NCBI GenBank assembly: GCA_035464315.1
Contig: DATHSI010000227.1
Coordinates: 1 to 42,078 of the forward strand
DNA from: Candidatus Sulfomarinibacteraceae bacterium
GTDB taxonomy: Bacteria; Chloroflexota; Anaerolineae; Promineifilales; Promineifilaceae
Length of the DNA stretch: 42,078 nt
Direction: 5' to 3'
The notes under the pieces were generated by a model. That model saw nothing but the letters and a program-made list of their open reading frames with translations. It was not told the DNA's origin and did not search any database. The position numbers and the translations under genes are program-made. Shown here piece after piece: positions 6,980 to 15,702 of the stretch (positions are counted from its first letter, which is position 1; every line of letters starts with the position of its first letter).

Positions 6980-9414
6980 CTGTCCAGGCCGATTATTTCC
7001 AACAACAGTACGCCACAGCCTTGCGGGAGTTCCTGCGCAGCGGTGACGAGCAGGCGCTACAGACAGCGTATGAATTGGGCCGCTCGGCGACGCAGTCGGA
7101 GCTGCCGCTATTGGACCTGGCGACCATCTACCACGAGGCGCTGCGCTCTATGCTGGTCAGAGAGGCGTCTCCCGGCGAGGAAGTGGCGTTGCTCACGGCC
7201 GCCGGCACCTTTTTCCTGGAGAGCCTGACCTCGCTGGAGATGACGCTGCGCCGCCTGCAGGAAACCAACCGCTCCCTACGCGTGCTCAACGACCGCTTGC
7301 AGAAGGCCAACGAAACGCTGGAAGAGCGAGTTCAGCAGCGCACGTCCCGCCTGAGCCAAAGCGTGCAACTGTTACAAAAGGAAATCGCGCGCCGGCATCG
7401 CGCGCAGCAGGCGCTACGCGAGAGCGAAGCGCGTTATCGGCGTCTGGTGGAGCGCTCGCCGGCGCCCACGGCGGTTTTTACACAGGATGCTATTCTCTTC
7501 GTCAATACTGCCGCCACCCACCTTCTTGGCGCACGAGAGCCCGAGGAGCTGGTCGGGAAGCCGGTCACCTCGATCTTGGCGGAAGGCAGGCGGCAGGGGA
7601 TGTTGCAGGGGATCGATGCTATGCTGGCAGAGGGTAATGAGTACGCCCCAGTGGAAGTTCAGCTGGTGCGCCTGGATGGCGAAATCATCGACGTGGAGAT
7701 TGTAGCCACCCATATCGCTTACGAAGGGCGCACGGCGATTCAATTAGTCGGCTACGACGTAACCGAGCGCAGGCAGGCAGAGGCAGCGGAGCGCGAGCAG
7801 CGCGCATTGGCTGAAGCATTGGCTGCCTCAGCGGCATCCCTGAACCGCACCCTGGACTTCGACGAGGTTTTGCAGCGCGCCCTGATTCACATTGACAATG
7901 TGCTGCCGCACGATGGGGCCAATATCATGCTTATCGAAGGAGACGTGGCGCGGGTTGTACACTGTCGCGGCTACGATGAACGGATTGATCGGGGACGCAT
8001 CGTCGGCCTGGAGCTGCCGATGAATCACGTTGGCCCGCTGCGCCATATGTGGGAGAGGGGAGAAGCTATCGTCATTTCCGACACACGGCACAATGACCAG
8101 TGGTTGACGATGGAGCCCACTGCCTGGGTGCGCTCCTACGTCGCGGCACCCATCCGGTTGGAGGGCGAGACGATAGGTTTTCTCAGCGCGGACGGCGCCC
8201 GGCCCAATCAGTTTGCGGCGAAGCACGCAGAACGTCTGACGGCCTTTGCTGACCAGGTGTCTCTGGCCATGCAAAACGCGCGTCTCTACGAACAGTTGAG
8301 CAACTACAGCGCTTCTTTGGAACAGGCGGTGAGCGAGCGCACGGAGGAACTGCAGGCGGCTAACAAACGGCTGGAAACGATTCTGCAATCGGTGGGTGAT
8401 GCGCTACTGGTCGTCGATCAGCAGGGGCGAGTGGAACAGGTGAACCCGGCCTTTGAACAACAGACGGGCTACGGGTCGGACGCCGTGCGCGAGCGCCGTC
8501 TCTCCGATTTCCTGCCGGGGCTTGAGATCCCCTGGCAGACGCTTCGGGAGAACACATCTGCCGGCGAGAAGCCAGGTCTATGGCACGGTGAGTTCCAGTT
8601 GGAGCGTAGCGATGGTACGCTCTATGATGCCGCAGTGACGGTGGCGCCCCTTTATGATGGCGACGGTGACCACACCGGCTTCGTAGCCGCCCTGATGGAC
8701 GTCAGCCTGCTCAAGGAAGTGGCGCGTAGCAAGGATGCGTTCGCCGCCAACGTCTCGCACGAGCTGCGCACGCCTATCACCAGCCTGAAGCTGAATCACT
8801 CCCTTGCCTCACATAGCGAAGAGGGCGAAAATCCTTACCTGGAGCGGCTGGGTCGGGACATCGACCGGCTAAATTCGCTCATCGAGGATCTGCTACGTCT
8901 ATCGCGGTTGGAGCAAGGGCAAGTGGAACTGGAGCTTGACGCGGTAGATCTCGGCGCCCTGGCGCGCCGCTATGTGGAAGACCGCCAGGCGTTGGCCGAG
9001 AGCCTTGGTCTACAATTGGAGTTTCGCCAGGAAGGCACATTCCCCACAATCAACGCCGATCCCGGCCTGTTGGAACAGGTTGTCAGCATTTTTCTGACCA
9101 ATGCCATGAACTATACTCCGGCCGGAGGCGAGGTGTTGGTGACTGTGGAATCGCGGCGCAGCGAAGGCCGTGATTGGGTGGGGGTTCGCGTGAGCGACAC
9201 AGGGCCGGGCCTCACCGACGACGATCAGGCGCACCTCTTTGAACGCTTTTATCGCGGCAAAACGGGGCTGGCATCCGGCGTGCCCGGCACCGGTCTGGGC
9301 CTGAACATTGCGCGCGAGATCGTAACGCGCCACGATGGCCACATAGAGGTGCAAAGCGAGGGCGTTCCGGGCAAGGGTGCTGCTTTCACGGCCTGGTTCC
9401 CGGCGCCTGCCTGA
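6976..9414 (+). CDS. sensor histidine kinase: RsbU_N-like N-terminal domain - coiled coil - PAS - PAS - GAF - HisKA - HATPase_c
   Basis: N-terminus DYFQQQYATALREFLRSGDEQALQTAYELGRSATQSELPLLDLATIYHEALRSML aligns by eye with B. subtilis RsbU N-domain (REVIEQRYHQLLSRYIAELTETSLYQAQKFSRKTIEHQIPPEEIISIHRKVLKEL). H-box FAANVSHELRTPITSL. G-box GTGLGLNIAREIV. ATGA overlap with rsbX. Confidence 0.8.
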   Translation: MTVQADYFQQQYATALREFLRSGDEQALQTAYELGRSATQSELPLLDLATIYHEALRSMLVREASPGEEVALLTAAGTFFLESLTSLEMTLRRLQETNRSLRVLNDRLQKANETLEERVQQRTSRLSQSVQLLQKEIARRHRAQQALRESEARYRRLVERSPAPTAVFTQDAILFVNTAATHLLGAREPEELVGKPVTSILAEGRRQGMLQGIDAMLAEGNEYAPVEVQLVRLDGEIIDVEIVATHIAYEGRTAIQLVGYDVTERRQAEAAEREQRALAEALAASAASLNRTLDFDEVLQRALIHIDNVLPHDGANIMLIEGDVARVVHCRGYDERIDRGRIVGLELPMNHVGPLRHMWERGEAIVISDTRHNDQWLTMEPTAWVRSYVAAPIRLEGETIGFLSADGARPNQFAAKHAERLTAFADQVSLAMQNARLYEQLSNYSASLEQAVSERTEELQAANKRLETILQSVGDALLVVDQQGRVEQVNPAFEQQTGYGSDAVRERRLSDFLPGLEIPWQTLRENTSAGEKPGLWHGEFQLERSDGTLYDAAVTVAPLYDGDGDHTGFVAALMDVSLLKEVARSKDAFAANVSHELRTPITSLKLNHSLASHSEEGENPYLERLGRDIDRLNSLIEDLLRLSRLEQGQVELELDAVDLGALARRYVEDRQALAESLGLQLEFRQEGTFPTINADPGLLEQVVSIFLTNAMNYTPAGGEVLVTVESRRSEGRDWVGVRVSDTGPGLTDDDQAHLFERFYRGKTGLASGVPGTGLGLNIAREIVTRHDGHIEVQSEGVPGKGAAFTAWFPAPA

Positions 9415-9532
9415 GTGCAGATGCACATTTAACACGTTTCTGAAAGCAAATACAACCTTTTGCAACCAACGACTCCTGTTCGCGTATAGGAGGATAAGAT
9501 GGCATTAGCCGATAATCTTCGGAGGATGAATG

Positions 9533-9991
9533 ATGACAGAAGAACATGAACCAAATGTGGAAGAGTTGAAGTCTGAAGAACGCATCAAGATAGAGGTGGA
9601 AGAGGAGGAGCCCTTTAAGACCGAGAAGGGGGCTCCCCGTGCAGATGTGTCGGACGCCCTACGTGATCTGGGCCGGCAATTTGCGGAAACCCTGCAGTCG
9701 GCCTGGAACAGCCAGGAGCGTCGCGAGTTTGAGGCCGAGGTCAAAGAAGGCGTGCGTCGATTTGGCGACGAGGTGAATAAAGTCTTCAGTGAAGCCAAAG
9801 AGAGCCCGACGGCCAAGAAAGTGAAAGAGGAGGCCGAGGACGTGCGCGGGCGCGTGGAAAGCGGCGAGCTAGGACGCAAGGCGCGCAGCAGCATGGTTGA
9901 GGGCCTACAGTGGTTGAGCCAGGAGTTGGCCCGGCTTGCCGAGCAGTTCAGCCCGCCCGAGGAGCAGGCTGGCGACGACGAGAAACTGTAG
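9533..9991 (+). CDS. hypothetical acidic Glu/Lys-rich protein
   Basis: ORF with GGAGGA SD upstream of ATGATG. Highly charged low-complexity sequence with no recognisable domain. Confidence 0.4.
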   Translation: MTEEHEPNVEELKSEERIKIEVEEEEPFKTEKGAPRADVSDALRDLGRQFAETLQSAWNSQERREFEAEVKEGVRRFGDEVNKVFSEAKESPTAKKVKEEAEDVRGRVESGELGRKARSSMVEGLQWLSQELARLAEQFSPPEEQAGDDEKL

Positions 9992-10013
9992 GGGGCGGGT
10001 GTCGCTGTTGCGC

Positions 10014-10934
10014 CTAGAGATGCGGCAGCACAGTGTGGGCCATGGCTGCCAGCCCGTCCAGATCGTCCAGGTCCAGCCACTGTAACAGAATACGGTAGGC
10101 GCCGGCTTCCTCGTAGGCTTTGATCTGTTGCACAAAGTCGTCGCCGGCGCCTACGATCAGTCCGTGCTGGCGCAACTCTTCGACGCTGCGCCCGCGCGCT
10201 GCCGCTTTTTCGTCAACTTCGGTTTCGTCGCGGCCGAAGATGGTGCCGGTCATCAACGAGCGCCGCACGTCCTGCGGCTGCCGGTCCTCAGCTTCCAGCA
10301 ATTCGTCAAGCCGGCTGTTAAGCTCGGCAAAGTGCTCGGCTGTGGTAAACACGCCGTTCCACTCCTGCGCGTAACGCGCGGCAAGCGGCAGTGTGCGCCG
10401 CGGACCGTTGCCGCCGACAAGAATGGGCGGACCTCCCGCGCGTTGTGGGCGAGGCAGAAGCAACGCCTCGTTCAGTTGATAGTACTCTCCGTCAAAATCG
10501 ACCGGCTCATCCTGCTGTAGCAGGCGGGTGACCACCTCCATTCCTTCTTCAAAGCGATCAAAACGTTGGGCCGTGGGCAGCAAATCATGCCCGAACTTAT
10601 GATGTTCGCGCTCCTGCCAGCCAGCGCCGAGCCCTAAGATGAGACGTCCGCCGGAGAGATCGTCTACGCCGGCTGCCATGCGCGCTGTCATCGTTGGCTC
10701 GCGGAAGGAAAAGGGCGTGACCATCGGCCCGAACTCTAGCCGCTCACTGTTATCCGCCAGCCAGGTCAACGACACCCACAACTCAAGCGAATCCTTATCG
10801 GGCGCGCTGGCGTTCGTATAGTGGTCGGACCGGAAGAGCCCGACGAAACCCAACTCCTCCACCGCGCGCGCTATCCGCCGCCAACGCGGCCAGTTCAATC
10901 CGTTTTGTCCTTCAATCATGATGGCAACTTCCAT
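10014..10934 (-). CDS. luciferase-like monooxygenase (LLM) family flavin/F420-dependent oxidoreductase
   Basis: N-terminal MEVAIMIEGQNGLNWPRWRRIARAVEELGFVGLFRSDHY is the classic LLM TIM-barrel start. The protein has LLM length and overall composition. Confidence 0.8.
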   Translation of the reverse strand: MEVAIMIEGQNGLNWPRWRRIARAVEELGFVGLFRSDHYTNASAPDKDSLELWVSLTWLADNSERLEFGPMVTPFSFREPTMTARMAAGVDDLSGGRLILGLGAGWQEREHHKFGHDLLPTAQRFDRFEEGMEVVTRLLQQDEPVDFDGEYYQLNEALLLPRPQRAGGPPILVGGNGPRRTLPLAARYAQEWNGVFTTAEHFAELNSRLDELLEAEDRQPQDVRRSLMTGTIFGRDETEVDEKAAARGRSVEELRQHGLIVGAGDDFVQQIKAYEEAGAYRILLQWLDLDDLDGLAAMAHTVLPHL

Positions 10935-11060
10935 GGCGTCTCCTCCGGGACCGATGATTCAACGAACAGTAGCCAATTATAAGCACACTCTGCCCATGGC
11001 GCCCACTGCGGCTTGTGGCGATTGGAGCGGGAGTATCTGCCTGGCGCTCACTCCGCTTGC

Positions 11061-11089
11061 TTGACCAGGGCCGGGCCCACTGCTATAGT
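11061..11089 (+). promoter_or_regulatory. candidate sigma70-type promoter (TTGACC - 17 nt - TATAGT) upstream of the ECF sigma gene
   Basis: TTGACC at 11061-11066, a 17-nt spacer, TATAGT at 11084-11089. Located ~90 nt upstream of the start codon. Confidence 0.35.
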
Positions 11090-11175
11090 TGCCACTCGAA
11101 GCGACTGCCGAGCCTCCACTGAATATCCGTTGAGTTGTCCTGGCACTGCCCGGACCCTGTCAAAGAAGGACATAC

Positions 11176-11874
11176 ATGCCTGCGAACGACGTTTTCAAAT
11201 CGTTGGCGCTGGACATGCTGGCCCAGCGTTGCGCGGAAGAAAGTGATCACTTCTTTCACCGCAGGGAGCATGACCCACGATACTGCTACGAGCTGTTTCG
11301 GCGGGCCATAGTCGAGCACAATGAGGCAGCGTGGGCCAGGATTTGCCGCAACTATCGGCCCCTTGTCGCCGGCTGGGTCAAGCGACAGCGCGCCTTTCGC
11401 CAGTCAGGCGAGGAGGTCAGTTTCTTTGTTAACGGCGCTTTCGCCAAGATGTGGTCGGCGATGTCCCCTCAGAAATTCGATTCATTTTCTGATCTAAAAT
11501 CCCTGCTGCGCTATCTTCAACTGTGCGTGTCCAGTGTTGTGACCGACTACGCGCGGAACGCCGACTATCACCAGATGTTAGATGATTTGCCGCCAGGCAT
11601 TGAAGAAGCTACTGGTGTGGACGTGGAGCAACGCGCCCTGGACAGCACGGTGCGTTCCAGTTTCTGGCAGGCGGTGGATGCTCGCCTTAACGACGACAAG
11701 GAGCGGCTCGTCGTTCACTATTCTTACATAGTGGGTTTCAAGCCCGGCGATATTTATCGCGAGCAGCAGGAACTTTTCGATGATGTACGCGAGATTTATC
11801 GTATTAAGGAAAATGTCCTGGCGCGGTTGCGCCGTGACGATGCTTTGCAACAATTGTTGCGACAGCATGCCTGA
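11176..11874 (+). CDS. ECF-type sigma-70 family factor
   Basis: Region-2-like segment YELFRRAIVEHNEAAWARICRNYRPLVAGWVKRQ...FVNGAFAKMWS. Region-4 HTH-like segment RLVVHYSYIVGFKPGDIYREQQEL. Confidence 0.7.
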   Translation: MPANDVFKSLALDMLAQRCAEESDHFFHRREHDPRYCYELFRRAIVEHNEAAWARICRNYRPLVAGWVKRQRAFRQSGEEVSFFVNGAFAKMWSAMSPQKFDSFSDLKSLLRYLQLCVSSVVTDYARNADYHQMLDDLPPGIEEATGVDVEQRALDSTVRSSFWQAVDARLNDDKERLVVHYSYIVGFKPGDIYREQQELFDDVREIYRIKENVLARLRRDDALQQLLRQHA

Positions 11875-11934
11875 AAACGGTGCTGACTCTCGTTCATTAG
11901 GGCAAAGAAAGGTGGGTTGTAAGAGGAGAAACCC

Positions 11935-12654
11935 ATGAATGAAGAGCACAGAACCCCGCAGGCCAGCGATGCGGAACTGCTGGTCTACCTTGATGGTGAA
12001 CTACCACCCCGACGTGCCCGTGAAATTGAACAATCCGCAAGTAACCGTCAGCGATTGGCCGAGCTGGCGCAGCAAGAGCGCCAGCTGAAGCAGCACCTCT
12101 ACCGCAGCGCCTGCCCTGATGCCCATCAACTGGGCGAATACCATTTGCAGTTGCTCTCTGGGCCGGAGGCGGAGCGCATTGCAGCACACCTCGAAATCTG
12201 TCCTTATTGTGCGCAAGAGCTAAAGCAACTACTGGCGTACCTCGATGACGTGGCATCCGAACTGGAATACAGTGTGTTGGAGCGCCTAAAGGTGCTCGTG
12301 GCGCGGGTGTCGCCGGATCTGGGCGTTGGCGGTCCCCTGGCAGAGCCGGCGCTGGCAGGCGTCCGAGGCGACGATACGGGCCCCCTGGTTTACAGAGCAG
12401 AGGATGTCCAGGTCTCGCTGGAGGTGCAGGATGACGTCAACGCCGCCGATCACCGCAGTGTATTAGGCCTGGTCCTGGGCGCCGATGCGCAGGGTTGGGG
12501 CGTTTATCTCTGGCGCGAAGATGAGGAGATAGCGGACACGACGGTCGACGAGTTGGGCAACTTCATGCTCAGTGGCGTCGAACCGGATACCTATCGCCTC
12601 TTGCTTCACGGTGAACAGGTCCTGATCCACATTCCGGAACTCACTGTTTCCTGA
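11935..12654 (+). CDS. soluble zf-HC2 anti-sigma factor
   Basis: HLEICPYCAQELKQL matches the Hx3Cx2C zinc-finger anti-sigma motif. No predicted TM helix. Immediately downstream of the ECF sigma gene. Confidence 0.65.
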   Translation: MNEEHRTPQASDAELLVYLDGELPPRRAREIEQSASNRQRLAELAQQERQLKQHLYRSACPDAHQLGEYHLQLLSGPEAERIAAHLEICPYCAQELKQLLAYLDDVASELEYSVLERLKVLVARVSPDLGVGGPLAEPALAGVRGDDTGPLVYRAEDVQVSLEVQDDVNAADHRSVLGLVLGADAQGWGVYLWREDEEIADTTVDELGNFMLSGVEPDTYRLLLHGEQVLIHIPELTVS

Positions 12655-12659
12655 GGGAG

Positions 12660-15611
12660 ATGCCGGGTCAGGCAACCTGTTCCTATTTAGCGACCGCTGA
12701 ATTGCTTATGAATATAGAAGATGTGCTGGCGCAGTTGTGGGCCTTGCCCGACAGCGTAAGCCGGCGACGATTTCTGGATGAAACGGCCGCTGCACGGACG
12801 CCGGCCCGGTTGCAGGAATTGGGTGTTGCCCTGAAGGCCAGCGCCGACCAGTTCCTGCACAGTAACATCGAGCGCTGTCTGGAGGCGGCGGCGCTGTTGC
12901 AGCATCTGGCCCAAACCAGCGGATACGTATCGCTGCGCGCCTTAGGCTTACTGGCCGAAGCCAATGCCCGGGCCATTGGGTTGAGCGAGTACCGGCAAGC
13001 GATCACGCTCTATAATGAGGCGGGAGACATCTATGAGGCAAATGGGCAGGATGAAGAGTGGGCAAGGGCGCAGATCGGCAAGCTGTGGCCTCTTGCTACC
13101 CTGGGCCGCTATGATGAGGCTTTGAAAACGGGCCGGCGGGCAGCGGTCAAGTTGCGCGCCGCCGAAGCCTGGCTGCCGTTGGCCAAATTGACGTCTAACA
13201 TTGCCATTATCTACGGGCGCATGGGGCAGGATCGTGAGGCGCTGGCCAACTTTGAGGACGCTCGCGATAGCTACCGCCAGTTAGGGGAGAAGGGGCGTCC
13301 TTACCTGGCGCGGGTTGAACTGAACCGCGCCATCATTCTGCGTAATCTGGGCCGCTTCCAGGGTTCTATCGCCGCCAGCGAGGCGGCGCTGGGCTACCTG
13401 CCGGAAGGCGCCGAACAGCGAATCGACCGCGCTCGCGCAAAGCAGAGCCTGGCTATCACCTATTTCGTCCTGGGCAAATATAACGAGGCGCTTCAGCTCC
13501 TGGACGAAGTGCGCGACGTTTTCCTCGACGACGGGCGCCAGCGCGACGCCATTCTCGTAGAGCTGTTTATCAGCGACTGCCTCCTGCAGTTGCGCCGTTT
13601 CAGGGCCGTTCTGGAAAAGTGTGCCCAGGTGCGGGCTCTTTTTCAGGATTTGGGCACGCGCTTTGAAGTGGCCCAGGCTGTGCTCAATGAGGCAGTGGCT
13701 TATGCGGGGTTAGAGCAGTACGAGGCAGCGGACAGCTCATTGCAGGAAGCGCGCGATCTGTTTCGGCAGGAGAACAACGAGGTCTGGCTTGCATTTGCCG
13801 ATCTGGAGTGGGCATCTTTGCTGCTTCACCAGGGGCAGCTGGAGGAGAGCGGCGCTATTGCCCGGCGCTGCGCCGCCATTTTTGGCGACCAACAGCAGGT
13901 GGTGCCCCAGGCGCAGGCCTGGCTGGTGGCGGCGCGGGCAGCTGCGGGCCAGAATCGCGTGGCGCGGGCGCGCGAACTGCTGCGGGAAGCGCTGGCGGTC
14001 GGTGAAGAACATTCGCTGCCTACGCTCGTCTACCAGGCGCGTCACCTTCTGGGGGGGCTGGCGCGGGACGCACGGAACGGCAGCCAGGCGTTGCAGCAGT
14101 TTGACGCGGCTATTGAGGCCCTGGAGCAGCTACGTGGACGCTTGATGGTGGAGTATCGCGCCGATTTTCTGGAGGACAAGAACGTCCTTTACGAAGACGC
14201 CGTGAGCCTGTGTGCCGAGTTGCAACGCCCGCAGCTGGGCCTGGAGTATGCCGAGCGGGCTAAGTCCAGGGCGCTGCTCGATTTGCTGGCCTACCGCCTG
14301 GACGTGGGCCTTCAGGCCCGTCGTGAGGAAGACCATCCACTCGTCGCCGAGCTGACGGCGCTGCGTGCGGAACGTGATCGTCTCTACCGCCGTTGGCAGA
14401 GCGGTGAAGGGCACACAGAGCGGGGCTGGGCCACCGCCGACGACGGCTGGCAGGAAGCGCAGCAGGACGTGTTGCGCATCGAGAATCGCATCACAGAATT
14501 ATGGCACCGGCTCCTGATCCATAACGCCGACTATGCGCGGGATGCTGCGCTGTGGCAGGTGCGCACCGAACCGGTACAGCCCTATCTGGATGATGATACG
14601 CTGCTGTTGGAATATTTTGTGGCCCGCGGGCAGCTGTTACTTTTTCTGGTCACGGCGGAATCCATCGAGGTGCAGCCGCTGGCAGCGCCTATGGCGCGCG
14701 TGCAGCAGTTGTCGCAGCTTCTGTGGCTTAACCTGCGCTCCGTTCCCCGCAGCGATGCGTCGCAGGAGGCGCACCTGACCAAAAACGCGCGCGCCATCCT
14801 GCAACGGCTCTACGATCTCCTGTTGCGCCCGCTGCTGCCACGTCTGGAGCAGTGGCCGAAAGTGATTGTGGTGCCCCACGGCCCATTGCACTATCTGCCC
14901 TTCCATGCCCTGCACGATGGACGGCGCTATCTGCTGCAGGATCACGAGGTCAGCTATCTGCCCGGCGCCAGCTTCTTGCGCTATTGTCATCAGGCCACAC
15001 TGGGCCACGACGCAGGGCCGGTGGGCACGGATGTGGTGGCTGTGGGCCATTCCCTCGGCGGATCGTTGCCCTACACGGTGGACGAAGCTCGCGCTGTGGC
15101 TTCGCTGTGGCAGGGACAGGTCCTCGTCGAAGAGGAAGCCACGCGGCAGGAAGTGGGCCGCATGGCGGCCCTGGCCCGGCTGTTGCATGTAGCGGCGCAC
15201 GGTGACTTTCGCCCCGATAATCCCCTCTTCTCCGGCCTCTCTCTGGACGATGGCTGGCTGACCACCCTGGATATTTTCAACCTTCGGCTGCAGGCGTCGC
15301 TGGTCACGCTCAGCGCCTGCCAGACCGGGCGCAATGTGGTAGCCGGCGGCGACGAGTTGTTGGGCCTTATGCGCGCTTTTCTCTATGCCGGGGCTGCCTC
15401 TCTGGTGCTCTCCTTTTGGGCCGTAGAGGATCGCTCGACGGCGCGGCTGATGGAGACCTTCTACAACCGGCTGGCGCGCGGAGAGAGTAAAGGGGCCGCT
15501 CTACGGGCGGCACAGCGCCACTTTATCAGTGATGGCCACTCTGCCGGAGAAGAACCGCATCCCTATTACTGGGCTCCATTCTTCCTGGTTGGGGCCACCA
15601 CCGCTCTGTAG
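12660..15611 (+). CDS. TPR-repeat protein with C-terminal CHAT (caspase-like) protease domain
   Basis: N-terminal ~600 aa of TPR-like helical repeats. The C-terminal domain has the His/Cys dyad context LLHVAAHGDF and LVTLSACQTGRN typical of CHAT domains. No signal peptide. Confidence 0.8.
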   Translation: MPGQATCSYLATAELLMNIEDVLAQLWALPDSVSRRRFLDETAAARTPARLQELGVALKASADQFLHSNIERCLEAAALLQHLAQTSGYVSLRALGLLAEANARAIGLSEYRQAITLYNEAGDIYEANGQDEEWARAQIGKLWPLATLGRYDEALKTGRRAAVKLRAAEAWLPLAKLTSNIAIIYGRMGQDREALANFEDARDSYRQLGEKGRPYLARVELNRAIILRNLGRFQGSIAASEAALGYLPEGAEQRIDRARAKQSLAITYFVLGKYNEALQLLDEVRDVFLDDGRQRDAILVELFISDCLLQLRRFRAVLEKCAQVRALFQDLGTRFEVAQAVLNEAVAYAGLEQYEAADSSLQEARDLFRQENNEVWLAFADLEWASLLLHQGQLEESGAIARRCAAIFGDQQQVVPQAQAWLVAARAAAGQNRVARARELLREALAVGEEHSLPTLVYQARHLLGGLARDARNGSQALQQFDAAIEALEQLRGRLMVEYRADFLEDKNVLYEDAVSLCAELQRPQLGLEYAERAKSRALLDLLAYRLDVGLQARREEDHPLVAELTALRAERDRLYRRWQSGEGHTERGWATADDGWQEAQQDVLRIENRITELWHRLLIHNADYARDAALWQVRTEPVQPYLDDDTLLLEYFVARGQLLLFLVTAESIEVQPLAAPMARVQQLSQLLWLNLRSVPRSDASQEAHLTKNARAILQRLYDLLLRPLLPRLEQWPKVIVVPHGPLHYLPFHALHDGRRYLLQDHEVSYLPGASFLRYCHQATLGHDAGPVGTDVVAVGHSLGGSLPYTVDEARAVASLWQGQVLVEEEATRQEVGRMAALARLLHVAAHGDFRPDNPLFSGLSLDDGWLTTLDIFNLRLQASLVTLSACQTGRNVVAGGDELLGLMRAFLYAGAASLVLSFWAVEDRSTARLMETFYNRLARGESKGAALRAAQRHFISDGHSAGEEPHPYYWAPFFLVGATTAL

Positions 15612-15702
15612 ATCTTTCCGGAAAAGACGCTCGCTCTTCGTTTACATCCATGAAGTAGTTCCAGAGAGGGCTGCTTCTTTTCATCGTCTTAAATCGTGCC
15701 CT

